Assembly (NCBI GenBank): GCA_017502915.1
Contig: JAFVUB010000014.1
Coordinates: 10,777 to 74,776 of the forward strand
Direction: 5' to 3'
DNA: 64,000 nucleotides
From: Clostridia bacterium
GTDB taxonomy: Bacteria > Bacillota > Clostridia > Oscillospirales > CAG-272
Part shown: piece after piece, positions 46,868 to 55,026 of the stretch
How the letters are laid out: the number at the start of each line of letters is the position of its first letter
How positions within the stretch are numbered: position 1 is the first letter of the stretch
Made by a program: the position numbers and the translations under genes
Notes under the pieces: generated by a model
Databases searched by the model: none
What the model was told of the DNA's origin: nothing
The model's input: only the letters and a program-made list of their open reading frames with translations

Positions 46868-47496
46868 CGGCAACCACCGCACATACAATCAAGGCACATC
46901 AAAGTCGTGCAAATATCACAAACACTACATGAATTTGCCTGAGTTGTATAGTAACCGCCGTTATAACGTTGAGTGTGTGCGCGGAGGTTGTCTCTTATCT
47001 GTCTGTATTCACCGTTATATGGGTCGCGGGCGCAGGCGCGGTCAAAGTAGCTTTGAGCATCAACGTAATGTCCGCGAGAGACAAGTATAGTTCCGTAAAG
47101 GAAATCCCATTCGGCGTCGCGACGGTCGGACGGAACGCTCATCAGCATAGATTCCGCCTCGGCAATCTGGCGGCTGTTTATGGCTATACGGATATGTCGG
47201 TAAAGCTCGTTACCGGTAGCTCCTTCGTTGTCCACCCTTGGCCCTGCGTTGTACGAAGAATATCCGTATGAATTAGTGTTTCCGGACGAAGCCCCGGCGC
47301 CTCGGTTTGCGCGATCACTCTGTATCTGCTCGTAGGCGGCGTTGATCTCTTTCATCTTCTCCCCTGCAAGGTCGGCAAGATCAGAATCGCGGTATTTGTC
47401 GGGATGATATTTGCGAGCCAGCTCGCGATATGCTTTTTTTATTTCGTCGTCGCTTGCCTGGGGCGAAACGCCGAGAGTCTTATAAGGATCGGTCAT
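46864..47496 (-). CDS. J-domain (DnaJ-like) protein with Cys-rich C-terminal tail
   Basis: Starts [34 protein letters not shown] (HPD motif). Gly/Ser/Asn linker. The C-terminus is [20 protein letters not shown]. Confidence 0.8.
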   Translation of the reverse strand: MTDPYKTLGVSPQASDDEIKKAYRELARKYHPDKYRDSDLADLAGEKMKEINAAYEQIQSDRANRGAGASSGNTNSYGYSSYNAGPRVDNEGATGNELYRHIRIAINSRQIAEAESMLMSVPSDRRDAEWDFLYGTILVSRGHYVDAQSYFDRACARDPYNGEYRQIRDNLRAHTQRYNGGYYTTQANSCSVCDICTTLMCLDCMCGGCR

Positions 47497-48367
47497 CCTT
47501 TCGTTCCTTTCCGTTACATTCGAGGACCATATGTGCCGTATGTGGCATGCCAAGATGTAAAATGTTGTCTATAATTGAAAATATCTCGCCCTGCCCTGCA
47601 TCCTGAGTGAGGAGGTCGAGCGCCGCTTCAAGCTCTATAAGCTCAGCGGTCAGGGCGTTTAAAATGTCGGATCTTTTTGCTTCGTCAAGCTTATCCCTGT
47701 TGTATAGCAGGAGAAAAGGATTGAAGCGTCCCTTTTCACGGTCGGATTCAAAGTCGTCTGCGGCGTCTATGATATAGAGCCAACGTCCGAGATGAAAGCC
47801 TGCAGCATAGAGAATACGGCGCTGTGTTGCGTCGCAATCAAGCGATAGCAATCGACCCATTAGCTCACCGAAGCAATCGGCAGGAAGGTCCACAGAAGGG
47901 AGACCTTGACCTTCTATTTCAGCAAGCTTTGTGAGCCCATCGGCAATAATGTCGTCGGCTTTACGAAGCTGTTTCTTTACTCGACGGCGCATGCCCTTGA
48001 GCAATTGGCGCAGCAGCTTGGCTTGTAAGCGCTTAGCTCCCTTTTCATCACGAGCGTCGTCGTCTGCTTTGTGATACGACAAAAGCACGCTGACCCTCGC
48101 ACAGAAATCGAGCTCGGGGGTTCGCTCGGCGCAGGGACGCTTTGTTAGCGGATGCACTACACAACGGCGCGCTTTGTATTTGGGGGCATTGTCGCTTGAG
48201 GCTATTCGCAAAAGCGCGGCAAACACGAAATCATAGTTAAGAGTCAGTCTCGACACTTGACCCGTGCAATGCTTTAACGAACGGCAAAGACCGCAATACA
48301 AAGCCCTGTAGCACTCGTTTTCACGGACGCGAAGCTCCGGCGAGTACGGTTTTACGTAGCCAAACAT
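47480..48367 (-). CDS. Uncharacterised protein (DUF5685-like, assignment from memory)
   Basis: 295 aa with N-terminus [31 protein letters not shown]. Overlaps the J-domain gene by 17 nt. Confidence 0.55.
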   Translation of the reverse strand: MFGYVKPYSPELRVRENECYRALYCGLCRSLKHCTGQVSRLTLNYDFVFAALLRIASSDNAPKYKARRCVVHPLTKRPCAERTPELDFCARVSVLLSYHKADDDARDEKGAKRLQAKLLRQLLKGMRRRVKKQLRKADDIIADGLTKLAEIEGQGLPSVDLPADCFGELMGRLLSLDCDATQRRILYAAGFHLGRWLYIIDAADDFESDREKGRFNPFLLLYNRDKLDEAKRSDILNALTAELIELEAALDLLTQDAGQGEIFSIIDNILHLGMPHTAHMVLECNGKERKDDRSL

Positions 48368-48370
48368 ATT

Positions 48371-49576
48371 TTAGCTTTTCGACTCTTTATCGAGAAGGTG
48401 CTTATAGGTATCGTAATCCGAAACTATCTCGATCTCTTCGATCAGCTTTTTAAGGGTCAGTTCCTTTGTGATATGAAGCTTGAGATAGTCGTTTCCGTAT
48501 TCCTTGATCATAGCGTCCACCGAGGCAAATCCGCCGTCGGCGGCAAGCTTTGCAAGCTCTGCTTGATATTCTTCCTCTGTTTCGGGAATGCAACCGAGCT
48601 TTTTAGCCGCGGAGACAAGCAAGACATCCTCCAGCGCCATAAGCTTTGCTTCGTCCTTCATAAGATCATCGGAAAGACCCATCTGCGAGATATATTGCTC
48701 ATACGAGGTTATTCCGTAGTAGAGTTGGAAAAAAGACTTATTCTTGTTGTAAGAGTCCTCGTAGTAGTATTTCATATCATAGTAGTAGTAATTTACCTGG
48801 TCTTCAGGGATCAAAACTACTTCAGACACATTTTTTAGCTCAACTATGATCTTTGAGTTTAGCTGCTTTTCGTAATTCTTTAGATTATTGAGTATCCTAT
48901 CCTCTCGGTAAGCTTCTTTAAGCTCGGCGTAGGAGTTATACTCGTCGTCTGTCAACTTCTTTATGTTTTCGTCGGTGGGGTCGAAACCGTAAATGCCGTT
49001 GACCTTGATCTCAAAAACGGCTTCCTTGCCGGCAAGATCAGCAGCACCGTAGTTTTTAGGGAAAGTTACGGTCGTGCTGACGGTGGTTCCGGGCATGATG
49101 CCGTAAAGGTCGGCGTCAAAGCCGTCGATATATCCGGTTTTGTCACTTAGCGTTATTTTCTGGTTTTCTGCAGTTCCTCCCTTGAATGCAACGTCATCTA
49201 TTTTTCCAACGTAGTTTATGTCAAGGGTATCGCCCTTTGCGGTTGCACGGTCGGTGACAAGAGTATATAGCTTCTTATCTATTGCAGCAGACAGCATTTC
49301 GGCTTCGAGCGCGGACGTGATCTCTTCGTCGCTGACGTCAACACTTATTTCAATCTTTATACCGGTATGATCACCAAGGGTCACATACTGGCCAAGCTGA
49401 GCGGAAATAAGGTTCATTATGGGGTGCAGAACGCGATCCTTGGTAGGGTCGGTTGTGCCGGAGGACGGAGATGTGGTGGTGCCATCTTCGATCGGATCAA
49501 GCGGTATTCTTTGGCAAGCTGTAAAAAAAGTTGCAAAGCAGACGATCATTGCGATCGCGGCAAGTATTTTTTTCAT
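48371..49576 (-). CDS. Trigger-factor-like lipoprotein with FKBP-type PPIase domain
   Basis: Lipobox FFTAC. FKBP-like block is GDTLDINYVGKIDDVAFKGGTAENQ...DGFDADLYGIMPG...AGKEAVFEIKVNGIY. Confidence 0.65.
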   Translation of the reverse strand: MKKILAAIAMIVCFATFFTACQRIPLDPIEDGTTTSPSSGTTDPTKDRVLHPIMNLISAQLGQYVTLGDHTGIKIEISVDVSDEEITSALEAEMLSAAIDKKLYTLVTDRATAKGDTLDINYVGKIDDVAFKGGTAENQKITLSDKTGYIDGFDADLYGIMPGTTVSTTVTFPKNYGAADLAGKEAVFEIKVNGIYGFDPTDENIKKLTDDEYNSYAELKEAYREDRILNNLKNYEKQLNSKIIVELKNVSEVVLIPEDQVNYYYYDMKYYYEDSYNKNKSFFQLYYGITSYEQYISQMGLSDDLMKDEAKLMALEDVLLVSAAKKLGCIPETEEEYQAELAKLAADGGFASVDAMIKEYGNDYLKLHITKELTLKKLIEEIEIVSDYDTYKHLLDKESKS

Positions 49577-49631
49577 TTTTGGCTCCTGATTTTATTAAAT
49601 CTGACGTTGAACATCAATAATAACTTATTAT

Positions 49632-49660
49632 ATTATACCATATATTGCGCTATCTTGCAA
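49632..49660 (-). promoter_or_regulatory. Sigma-A-type promoter candidate (TTGCAA-17-TATAAT, TGn) for the lipoprotein/J-domain operon
   Basis: Minus strand reads cTTGCAAgatagcgcaatatatggTATAATat. Confidence 0.6.
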
Positions 49661-49707
49661 GGCAAAGAAAAACATTTCATTAATAAAACACATAAACGTC
49701 AAATAAT

Positions 49708-49736
49708 TTGACAAACGAACTATATTGTGATATAAT
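49708..49736 (+). promoter_or_regulatory. Perfect consensus sigma-A promoter (TTGACA-17-TATAAT with TGn) for the three-gene TerB/ATPase/helicase operon
   Basis: ttgaca at 49708-49713, a 17-nt spacer ending tga, tataat at 49731-49736. RBS AAGGAGGGG at 49754-49762 and a TTG start at 49769. Confidence 0.7.
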
Positions 49737-49768
49737 TTATATTTACAGAACACAAGGAGGGGAAAGGC

Positions 49769-51373
49769 TTGGATAACGAAAATTACAAGAAAAAAGATGA
49801 TTTTTGGGCAATAGAAAAGCTTGTTCCCCGCAGGGAGAAGCCTAAGTTTGTTCGTCAGACCACCGACACGTCTGCCGTTGAATTTGAGCTTTCGGCAGGA
49901 AACGAAAAGAAGGACGTCGAACAACTTTCGCTGAGCTTTGATAAAGCTACGTCACAGCAGTATGAGGTCAAAAGACCGCAAGAAGAGCCGGACGATGAAT
50001 ATTCGCCTGCCTGCCCGCTAATCGAGAAGGTTTGCATCTATCGTTGGAAAAACAATTACAATTATTATGAGGAGTTTCGGCGAGACGCAAGGAGGTTTTA
50101 CCGAGCAAGCATCGAGTCTGCCCTTCCCGTCCCCTATTTTTCATACGTTCCGCAGTACGTTCAGCTTTCGAGAGATCAACTGAAATGGTACGTTTACTGG
50201 CGAGGATGCGTTAGAAGAGGAAGCTATCCCGCAACCGATTACAGCTATATTTTGCTGTTGATAACCGAAATAATCAATCTTGGTGATGAAGTTGATACCC
50301 TTGAAGGTCAGCGCATTCTTTGTGAGCTTCACCGAAACTATCGCGATAGCTATCCGCGGTTGAACAGTTATCTCAGCGATTGGATATGTGATTATTCTTT
50401 GATACATCACCTCCCCCCGCCGAGAGATATTGACCAAAGCCTGACCGAGCACTGCAGCTTGCGCGAGTTTTACGTGTTCTTTGAGGGGGACAATGCCGCG
50501 GATAACTATGCAAGCCTTCTGATAAAGTATTGCTCAAGTTATGACTATAAAAAGAGCAAATTTGCTGTGGAAGATAATCGCAAGGTTTATGACCGACATG
50601 TTTCGGGGGCACTTGCATATACGATTGAGCGTTGTTCCGAGTCGGGAAGCATACTTTCAAGAGCGGGACTTGAAAGTAATATGATAACCAGGGATGCTTA
50701 TAGTGGCGCGCTTTGCGCGTCGGAGATGAAACGGAAATTAAAGATACACTTTCTCTCGTTTTCACGTTCTCACGAACTACGCTTTTTGATTGCAGATATA
50801 ATAAAATATTCAGAAAATAAGATAAGGGCGTATCTTGGGATCAAGTCTCGTTTAAGCGTTTTCGGCATACCAAGTGTCATAACGCAGACCCTTGATGAAT
50901 ATTTTTCTGAGCAGTTACCGGTTATAAAGCGTGCTCCGTTTGAGGCGGAGGCTGCGCTTGAGGAGTATGACCGGCTTTACGAGCAACCTAAGACAGAGCT
51001 TTCTTTTGAAAATGCTGCCGATATCGAGCAACGATCTTGGAGTACTACTCAAATGCTTGTTGAAGCATTTGAGGAAGAGATAGCGAACGAACCAGCCGAA
51101 CAGCCGACGGTTGCAAGTATCAACAGTGAAGCAGATGGTCAAAACGATCTTCGCAGTGCGCTTGGAGATAGTTATGAGTTCGTTTTGCTTGCCTTGTCCG
51201 AGGATTTTGCGGGACAAGCACGCCTTGCAAAGCGCACGGGTGTTATGACTGATGCTATTGCCGACAAGATAAACGATATTGCCGTTGAGCTTTTGGGAGA
51301 TATAATTTTAGAGGATAGCAACGGCGGTTACACGATAATTGAAAATTATAAGGGGTTATTTAATGATGAATGA
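49769..51373 (+). CDS. sngA: TerB-N + TerB-C domain protein (Shango SngA-like)
   Basis: 534 aa. The TTG start is the only start codon near the strong RBS. TerB-N signature is LPVPYFSYVPQYVQLSRDQLKWYVYWRGCVRRGSYPATDYSYILLLITEIINLG (aa ~119-172). The TerB-C-like C-terminus is ...RTGVMTDAIADKINDIAVELLGDIILEDSNGGYTII. Confidence 0.75.
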   Translation: MDNENYKKKDDFWAIEKLVPRREKPKFVRQTTDTSAVEFELSAGNEKKDVEQLSLSFDKATSQQYEVKRPQEEPDDEYSPACPLIEKVCIYRWKNNYNYYEEFRRDARRFYRASIESALPVPYFSYVPQYVQLSRDQLKWYVYWRGCVRRGSYPATDYSYILLLITEIINLGDEVDTLEGQRILCELHRNYRDSYPRLNSYLSDWICDYSLIHHLPPPRDIDQSLTEHCSLREFYVFFEGDNAADNYASLLIKYCSSYDYKKSKFAVEDNRKVYDRHVSGALAYTIERCSESGSILSRAGLESNMITRDAYSGALCASEMKRKLKIHFLSFSRSHELRFLIADIIKYSENKIRAYLGIKSRLSVFGIPSVITQTLDEYFSEQLPVIKRAPFEAEAALEEYDRLYEQPKTELSFENAADIEQRSWSTTQMLVEAFEEEIANEPAEQPTVASINSEADGQNDLRSALGDSYEFVLLALSEDFAGQARLAKRTGVMTDAIADKINDIAVELLGDIILEDSNGGYTIIENYKGLFNDE

Positions 51374-52727
51374 GGAAAATATAAAGAAAGTTCCGAAAAG
51401 ATTGCTCACCTCGCTTTTGGCGTCGGTGTCAGCAGGAGTTGTTCCACGCGCGGGAGCACCGTACATTGCGATAGGCAGGCAGGATGAGATATCAGCTCTG
51501 CTTTCCGACCTTGAACTGGTTAACGACGGCGGTGGAACTATGCGCTTTCTTATCGGTCGTTACGGAAGCGGTAAAAGCTTTTTGATGCAGCTCATGCGCG
51601 GATATGCGCTTGAGCGCGGTTTCATTACCGCAGACGCCGACCTCTCTCCCGAGCGCCGTCTCTATGGCACGGGAGGATCGGGCGTTGCCACCTACCGTGA
51701 GCTAATGAAAAACCTCGCTTCTAAATCAGCACCTGAGGGCGGCGCGCTTCCCAAAATAATTGCGCGCTGGATATCCGAGCTTCAATCGAATATTGTTGAG
51801 TCGGGAGTGTCCTCTGATAGCGACAAGTTTGCTCATGCACTGAATTCGAAGGTTCTTTCAGAGCTTCGCGAGATAGAATTCTTGGTTGGCGGCTTTGATT
51901 TTGCGAAGGTCGTGTCGGAATATTACCTGGCGTATACGACGGACGACGATGCGAAAAAGAGCGCCTGCTTGCGTTGGCTTCGCGGCGAATTCGCAACTAA
52001 GACCGAGGCAAGACGTGAGCTTGGATTTAACATCTCAGTGATCATCGATGACGAAAACTGGTATGATTTTCTCAAGCTTTGGGCAGCTCTCGTACGCCGC
52101 ATGGGATATCGGGGCTTAGTTGTATTCATTGACGAATGTGTTAACCTTTATAAAATAACTCACCGCGTCAGCCGTGAGAACAATTACGAAAAGATACTGG
52201 CTATGTTCAACGATACCCTTCAGGGTCGCGCTCCCGGACTTGACATAATACTTGGAGGAACTCCTCAGTTTCTTGAGGACCCGCGTCGAGGGCTATTTGG
52301 TTATGAAGCGCTGCGCTCAAGGCTTTGCGACAGTAGATTTGCCACAGATGGATTTAAGAATCTTATAGGTCCTGTTATCAGGCTGCGCCGTCTTTCGGAT
52401 GACGAGCTGTTTGCGCTGATCGTTCGAGTTACTAATCTTCACGGGCAGAACTATTCTTGGACGCCGCGCATCACTCGTGAGGAGATGGTTGATTTCCTGA
52501 AGATATGCATATCTCGTGCCGGAGCTGATGCGATGATAACTCCCCGTGAAATGCTTCGCGACTATATGACGGTCCTAAACATTCTTATGCAGAACGAAGC
52601 CGTCAGCTTTTCCGATATTGCGGGAACTGTCGTTACCCTCAAAAAGGATGACGACGAAAAAGAGCCGATATTGAGCACGCCTCCCCGCCCTTCGGCAAAA
52701 TTCGACCCTAACGACATTGATATCTAA
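51363..52727 (+). CDS. sngB: DUF2791-family P-loop ATPase (BrxD-like; Shango SngB-like)
   Basis: ATGATG at 51363 follows an AAGGGG RBS and overlaps the upstream gene by ~11 nt. Walker A is IGRYGSGKSF and Walker B is LVVFIDECVNL. Confidence 0.75.
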   Translation: MMNEENIKKVPKRLLTSLLASVSAGVVPRAGAPYIAIGRQDEISALLSDLELVNDGGGTMRFLIGRYGSGKSFLMQLMRGYALERGFITADADLSPERRLYGTGGSGVATYRELMKNLASKSAPEGGALPKIIARWISELQSNIVESGVSSDSDKFAHALNSKVLSELREIEFLVGGFDFAKVVSEYYLAYTTDDDAKKSACLRWLRGEFATKTEARRELGFNISVIIDDENWYDFLKLWAALVRRMGYRGLVVFIDECVNLYKITHRVSRENNYEKILAMFNDTLQGRAPGLDIILGGTPQFLEDPRRGLFGYEALRSRLCDSRFATDGFKNLIGPVIRLRRLSDDELFALIVRVTNLHGQNYSWTPRITREEMVDFLKICISRAGADAMITPREMLRDYMTVLNILMQNEAVSFSDIAGTVVTLKKDDDEKEPILSTPPRPSAKFDPNDIDI

Positions 52728-52744
52728 AAAGAAAGGAGAACGGT

Positions 52745-54982
52745 ATGACCGAGGCAGATCGCGTATTTTTGCGCTTTCCCGATTTTATTCGAGAATATAT
52801 CTATAATCACTCTTGGGAATCCTTGAGAGAGGTTCAGATTGCGGCGGCAAAAACAATTTTTGAAAGCGACCACGATCTCCTTCTTACTTCTTCTACCGCC
52901 AGCGGTAAAACAGAGGCAGCGTTCTTCCCTGTTCTTGCTGAGCTTTGCCGAGATATGCCGCAAAGTGTTGGAGTTCTGTATATCGCACCGCTGAAATCGC
53001 TTATAAACGATCAGTTTTTGAGAATAGAGGATCTTCTTGACGAAACCGGCATATCCGTCACGCATTGGCACGGTGACGTTGCTCAGTCGCATAAGCGCAA
53101 GCTGCTGGAAAATCCTCGAGGCATCCTGCAGATAACCCCTGAGTCGCTTGAAAGTATGCTGGTAAACCGATCGAACGACGTTGTTCGCATCTTTTCGGAT
53201 CTGCGCTTCGTTATAATCGACGAGATACACACCTTGACCGGATCGGACCGCGGAAACCAGATAATATGTCAGCTATTGAGGATAGAGCGTCTTATTGGGC
53301 GTTCTCCGCGCCGTATCGGTCTTTCCGCAACCGTTGGAGATCCCGAAAAGGCTGCTGAATGGCTTGCCGGCGGACGAAATGTTATCGTTGATATACCCAA
53401 GCTGACCGAGCCGAAGCTTCGCTGGAGACTCGGACTTGAGCATTTCTATATTCAGAATCTCAATCCTATACAAGATGACACAGCAAAGGTCAAATTCAAG
53501 CCTCCAAAGTCTCCGGCGGCAGAGATCGATGCGGGATTTGAATATATGTACGACTGTGTCAGCGACAAAAAGGCTCTCGTTTTCTCAAATTCAAGAGAGG
53601 AGACCGAATATATAACCGCAACTCTTCGTCAAATTGCAAAAAATCGCGGAGATCGCGATGTGTTTTTGATACATCACGGAAATCTTTCGGCATCGCTTCG
53701 TGAGGAAGCCGAAGCAAAGATGAAGGACAAGGATATTCGTGCCGTAACCTGCGCCACCGTTACGATGGAGCTGGGTATTGATATTGGCAGACTTGAGCGA
53801 ATAGGTCATATGGGAGCTCCCTGCTCGGTTACAAGCTTTCTGCAGCGATTGGGACGCTCGGGACGCCGTGGTTCTCCTCCCGAGATGATGATGGTATTTC
53901 GCGAGGAAGAGCCGTTGCCAAACGCACCGCTTCCCCAGCTTATTCCGTGGGAGTTGCTTCGCGCCATAGCTATTGTGCAGCTCTATATTGAAGAGAGGTT
54001 TATAGAGCCACCCTCTCGCAAAAAGCTGCCGTTTAGCCTTTTGTTCCATCAGACCTTAAGCACTCTGGCATCGTCGGGAGAGCTTACGTCCCGTCGTCTT
54101 TCCGACCGAGTTCTTTCTCTGCCCCCCTTCTTTGAGGTCAGTAGAGAGGATTATAGGGCTCTTATTCTTTCAATGCTTGAAAACGATTTTCTGCAGTTGA
54201 CCGAAGAAAAAGGTCTTATCGTTGGCCTTGCCGGCGAGCGCTTGTTGGCAAGCTTCAAATTCTATGCCGTTTTCAAGGACACCGAGGATTTTACCGTCCG
54301 TTGTGGATCGGATGAGATCGGTACTATAACGACCCCTCCGCCGATCGGAGACCGATTTGCTCTTGCGGGACGGGTATGGGAGGTAGAAGAACTTGACGTC
54401 AAGCGACGCTTGATATACGTGAAAGCTGTTGAGGGCAAGATGGAGGTCTCGTGGCCTGGAGATTTCGGCGAAATAAACACCAAGATCCTTCAGAGAATGA
54501 GAAGAGTTCTTGAGGAGGATACGGTGTATCCGTATCTCAAGCAAAATGCGCAGACTCGACTTGAAGCCGCGCGCGCAGTAGCTCGCAACAGCGGTATGCT
54601 TGAGCATTCGCTTATCTGCCTTGGTGGATATACCTGGTGTCTCTTCCCCTGGCTTGGAACGCGGTCGTTCCGAACCCTTCGCAAGTTGATATCCCATAAT
54701 GCCGGTCGCTTTAGAATAAGTAACATTGAGTTTGACGGTTGTTGCTATATGACCTTCAAGATGGAGGGTGCCAATGACTATGAGCTTATTTCCGAGTTGC
54801 TTGATACAGTTAACCGATATGGGATTGATACAGAAGAGCTTGTTGCAAAGGGGGAGGTCCCGTTGTTTGAAAAATACGACACCTTCATCCCGGACTCTCT
54901 TCTGCGCCGTCAGTACGCTGCAGACCGACTGCGAACCGATGAGCTTGAGACCCGATTGAACGAAATATTTTCGGAATACTAA
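52745..54982 (+). CDS. sngC: Lhr-like DEAD/DEAH-box (SF2) helicase (BrxHI-like; Shango SngC-like)
   Basis: 745 aa with an AAAGGAGAA RBS. Motif I is SSTASGKTEAAF, Ia is YIAPLKSL, II is VIIDEIH, III is LSATVG, VI is QRLGRSGRR. The ~350-aa C-terminal half is unassigned. Confidence 0.8.
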   Translation: MTEADRVFLRFPDFIREYIYNHSWESLREVQIAAAKTIFESDHDLLLTSSTASGKTEAAFFPVLAELCRDMPQSVGVLYIAPLKSLINDQFLRIEDLLDETGISVTHWHGDVAQSHKRKLLENPRGILQITPESLESMLVNRSNDVVRIFSDLRFVIIDEIHTLTGSDRGNQIICQLLRIERLIGRSPRRIGLSATVGDPEKAAEWLAGGRNVIVDIPKLTEPKLRWRLGLEHFYIQNLNPIQDDTAKVKFKPPKSPAAEIDAGFEYMYDCVSDKKALVFSNSREETEYITATLRQIAKNRGDRDVFLIHHGNLSASLREEAEAKMKDKDIRAVTCATVTMELGIDIGRLERIGHMGAPCSVTSFLQRLGRSGRRGSPPEMMMVFREEEPLPNAPLPQLIPWELLRAIAIVQLYIEERFIEPPSRKKLPFSLLFHQTLSTLASSGELTSRRLSDRVLSLPPFFEVSREDYRALILSMLENDFLQLTEEKGLIVGLAGERLLASFKFYAVFKDTEDFTVRCGSDEIGTITTPPPIGDRFALAGRVWEVEELDVKRRLIYVKAVEGKMEVSWPGDFGEINTKILQRMRRVLEEDTVYPYLKQNAQTRLEAARAVARNSGMLEHSLICLGGYTWCLFPWLGTRSFRTLRKLISHNAGRFRISNIEFDGCCYMTFKMEGANDYELISELLDTVNRYGIDTEELVAKGEVPLFEKYDTFIPDSLLRRQYAADRLRTDELETRLNEIFSEY

Positions 54983-55026
54983 AAAAACAATGCTGTGTGA
55001 CTTAGGTCACACAGCATTGTTTTTTA
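54981..55026. terminator. Strong bidirectional intrinsic terminator
   Basis: aaaaaaa-caatgctgtgtgac-ttag-gtcacacagcattg-tttttt, a perfect 14-bp stem. It sits between the helicase stop and the convergent DUF3899-like gene. Confidence 0.85.

Noticed and set aside
49577-54982. Whether the TerB/ATPase/helicase region shows an obvious compositional break indicating recent horizontal transfer.
   Set aside because: By eye it looks only marginally more AT-rich than neighbouring moderately expressed genes. I cannot compute GC or codon statistics here, so I do not claim an anomaly.
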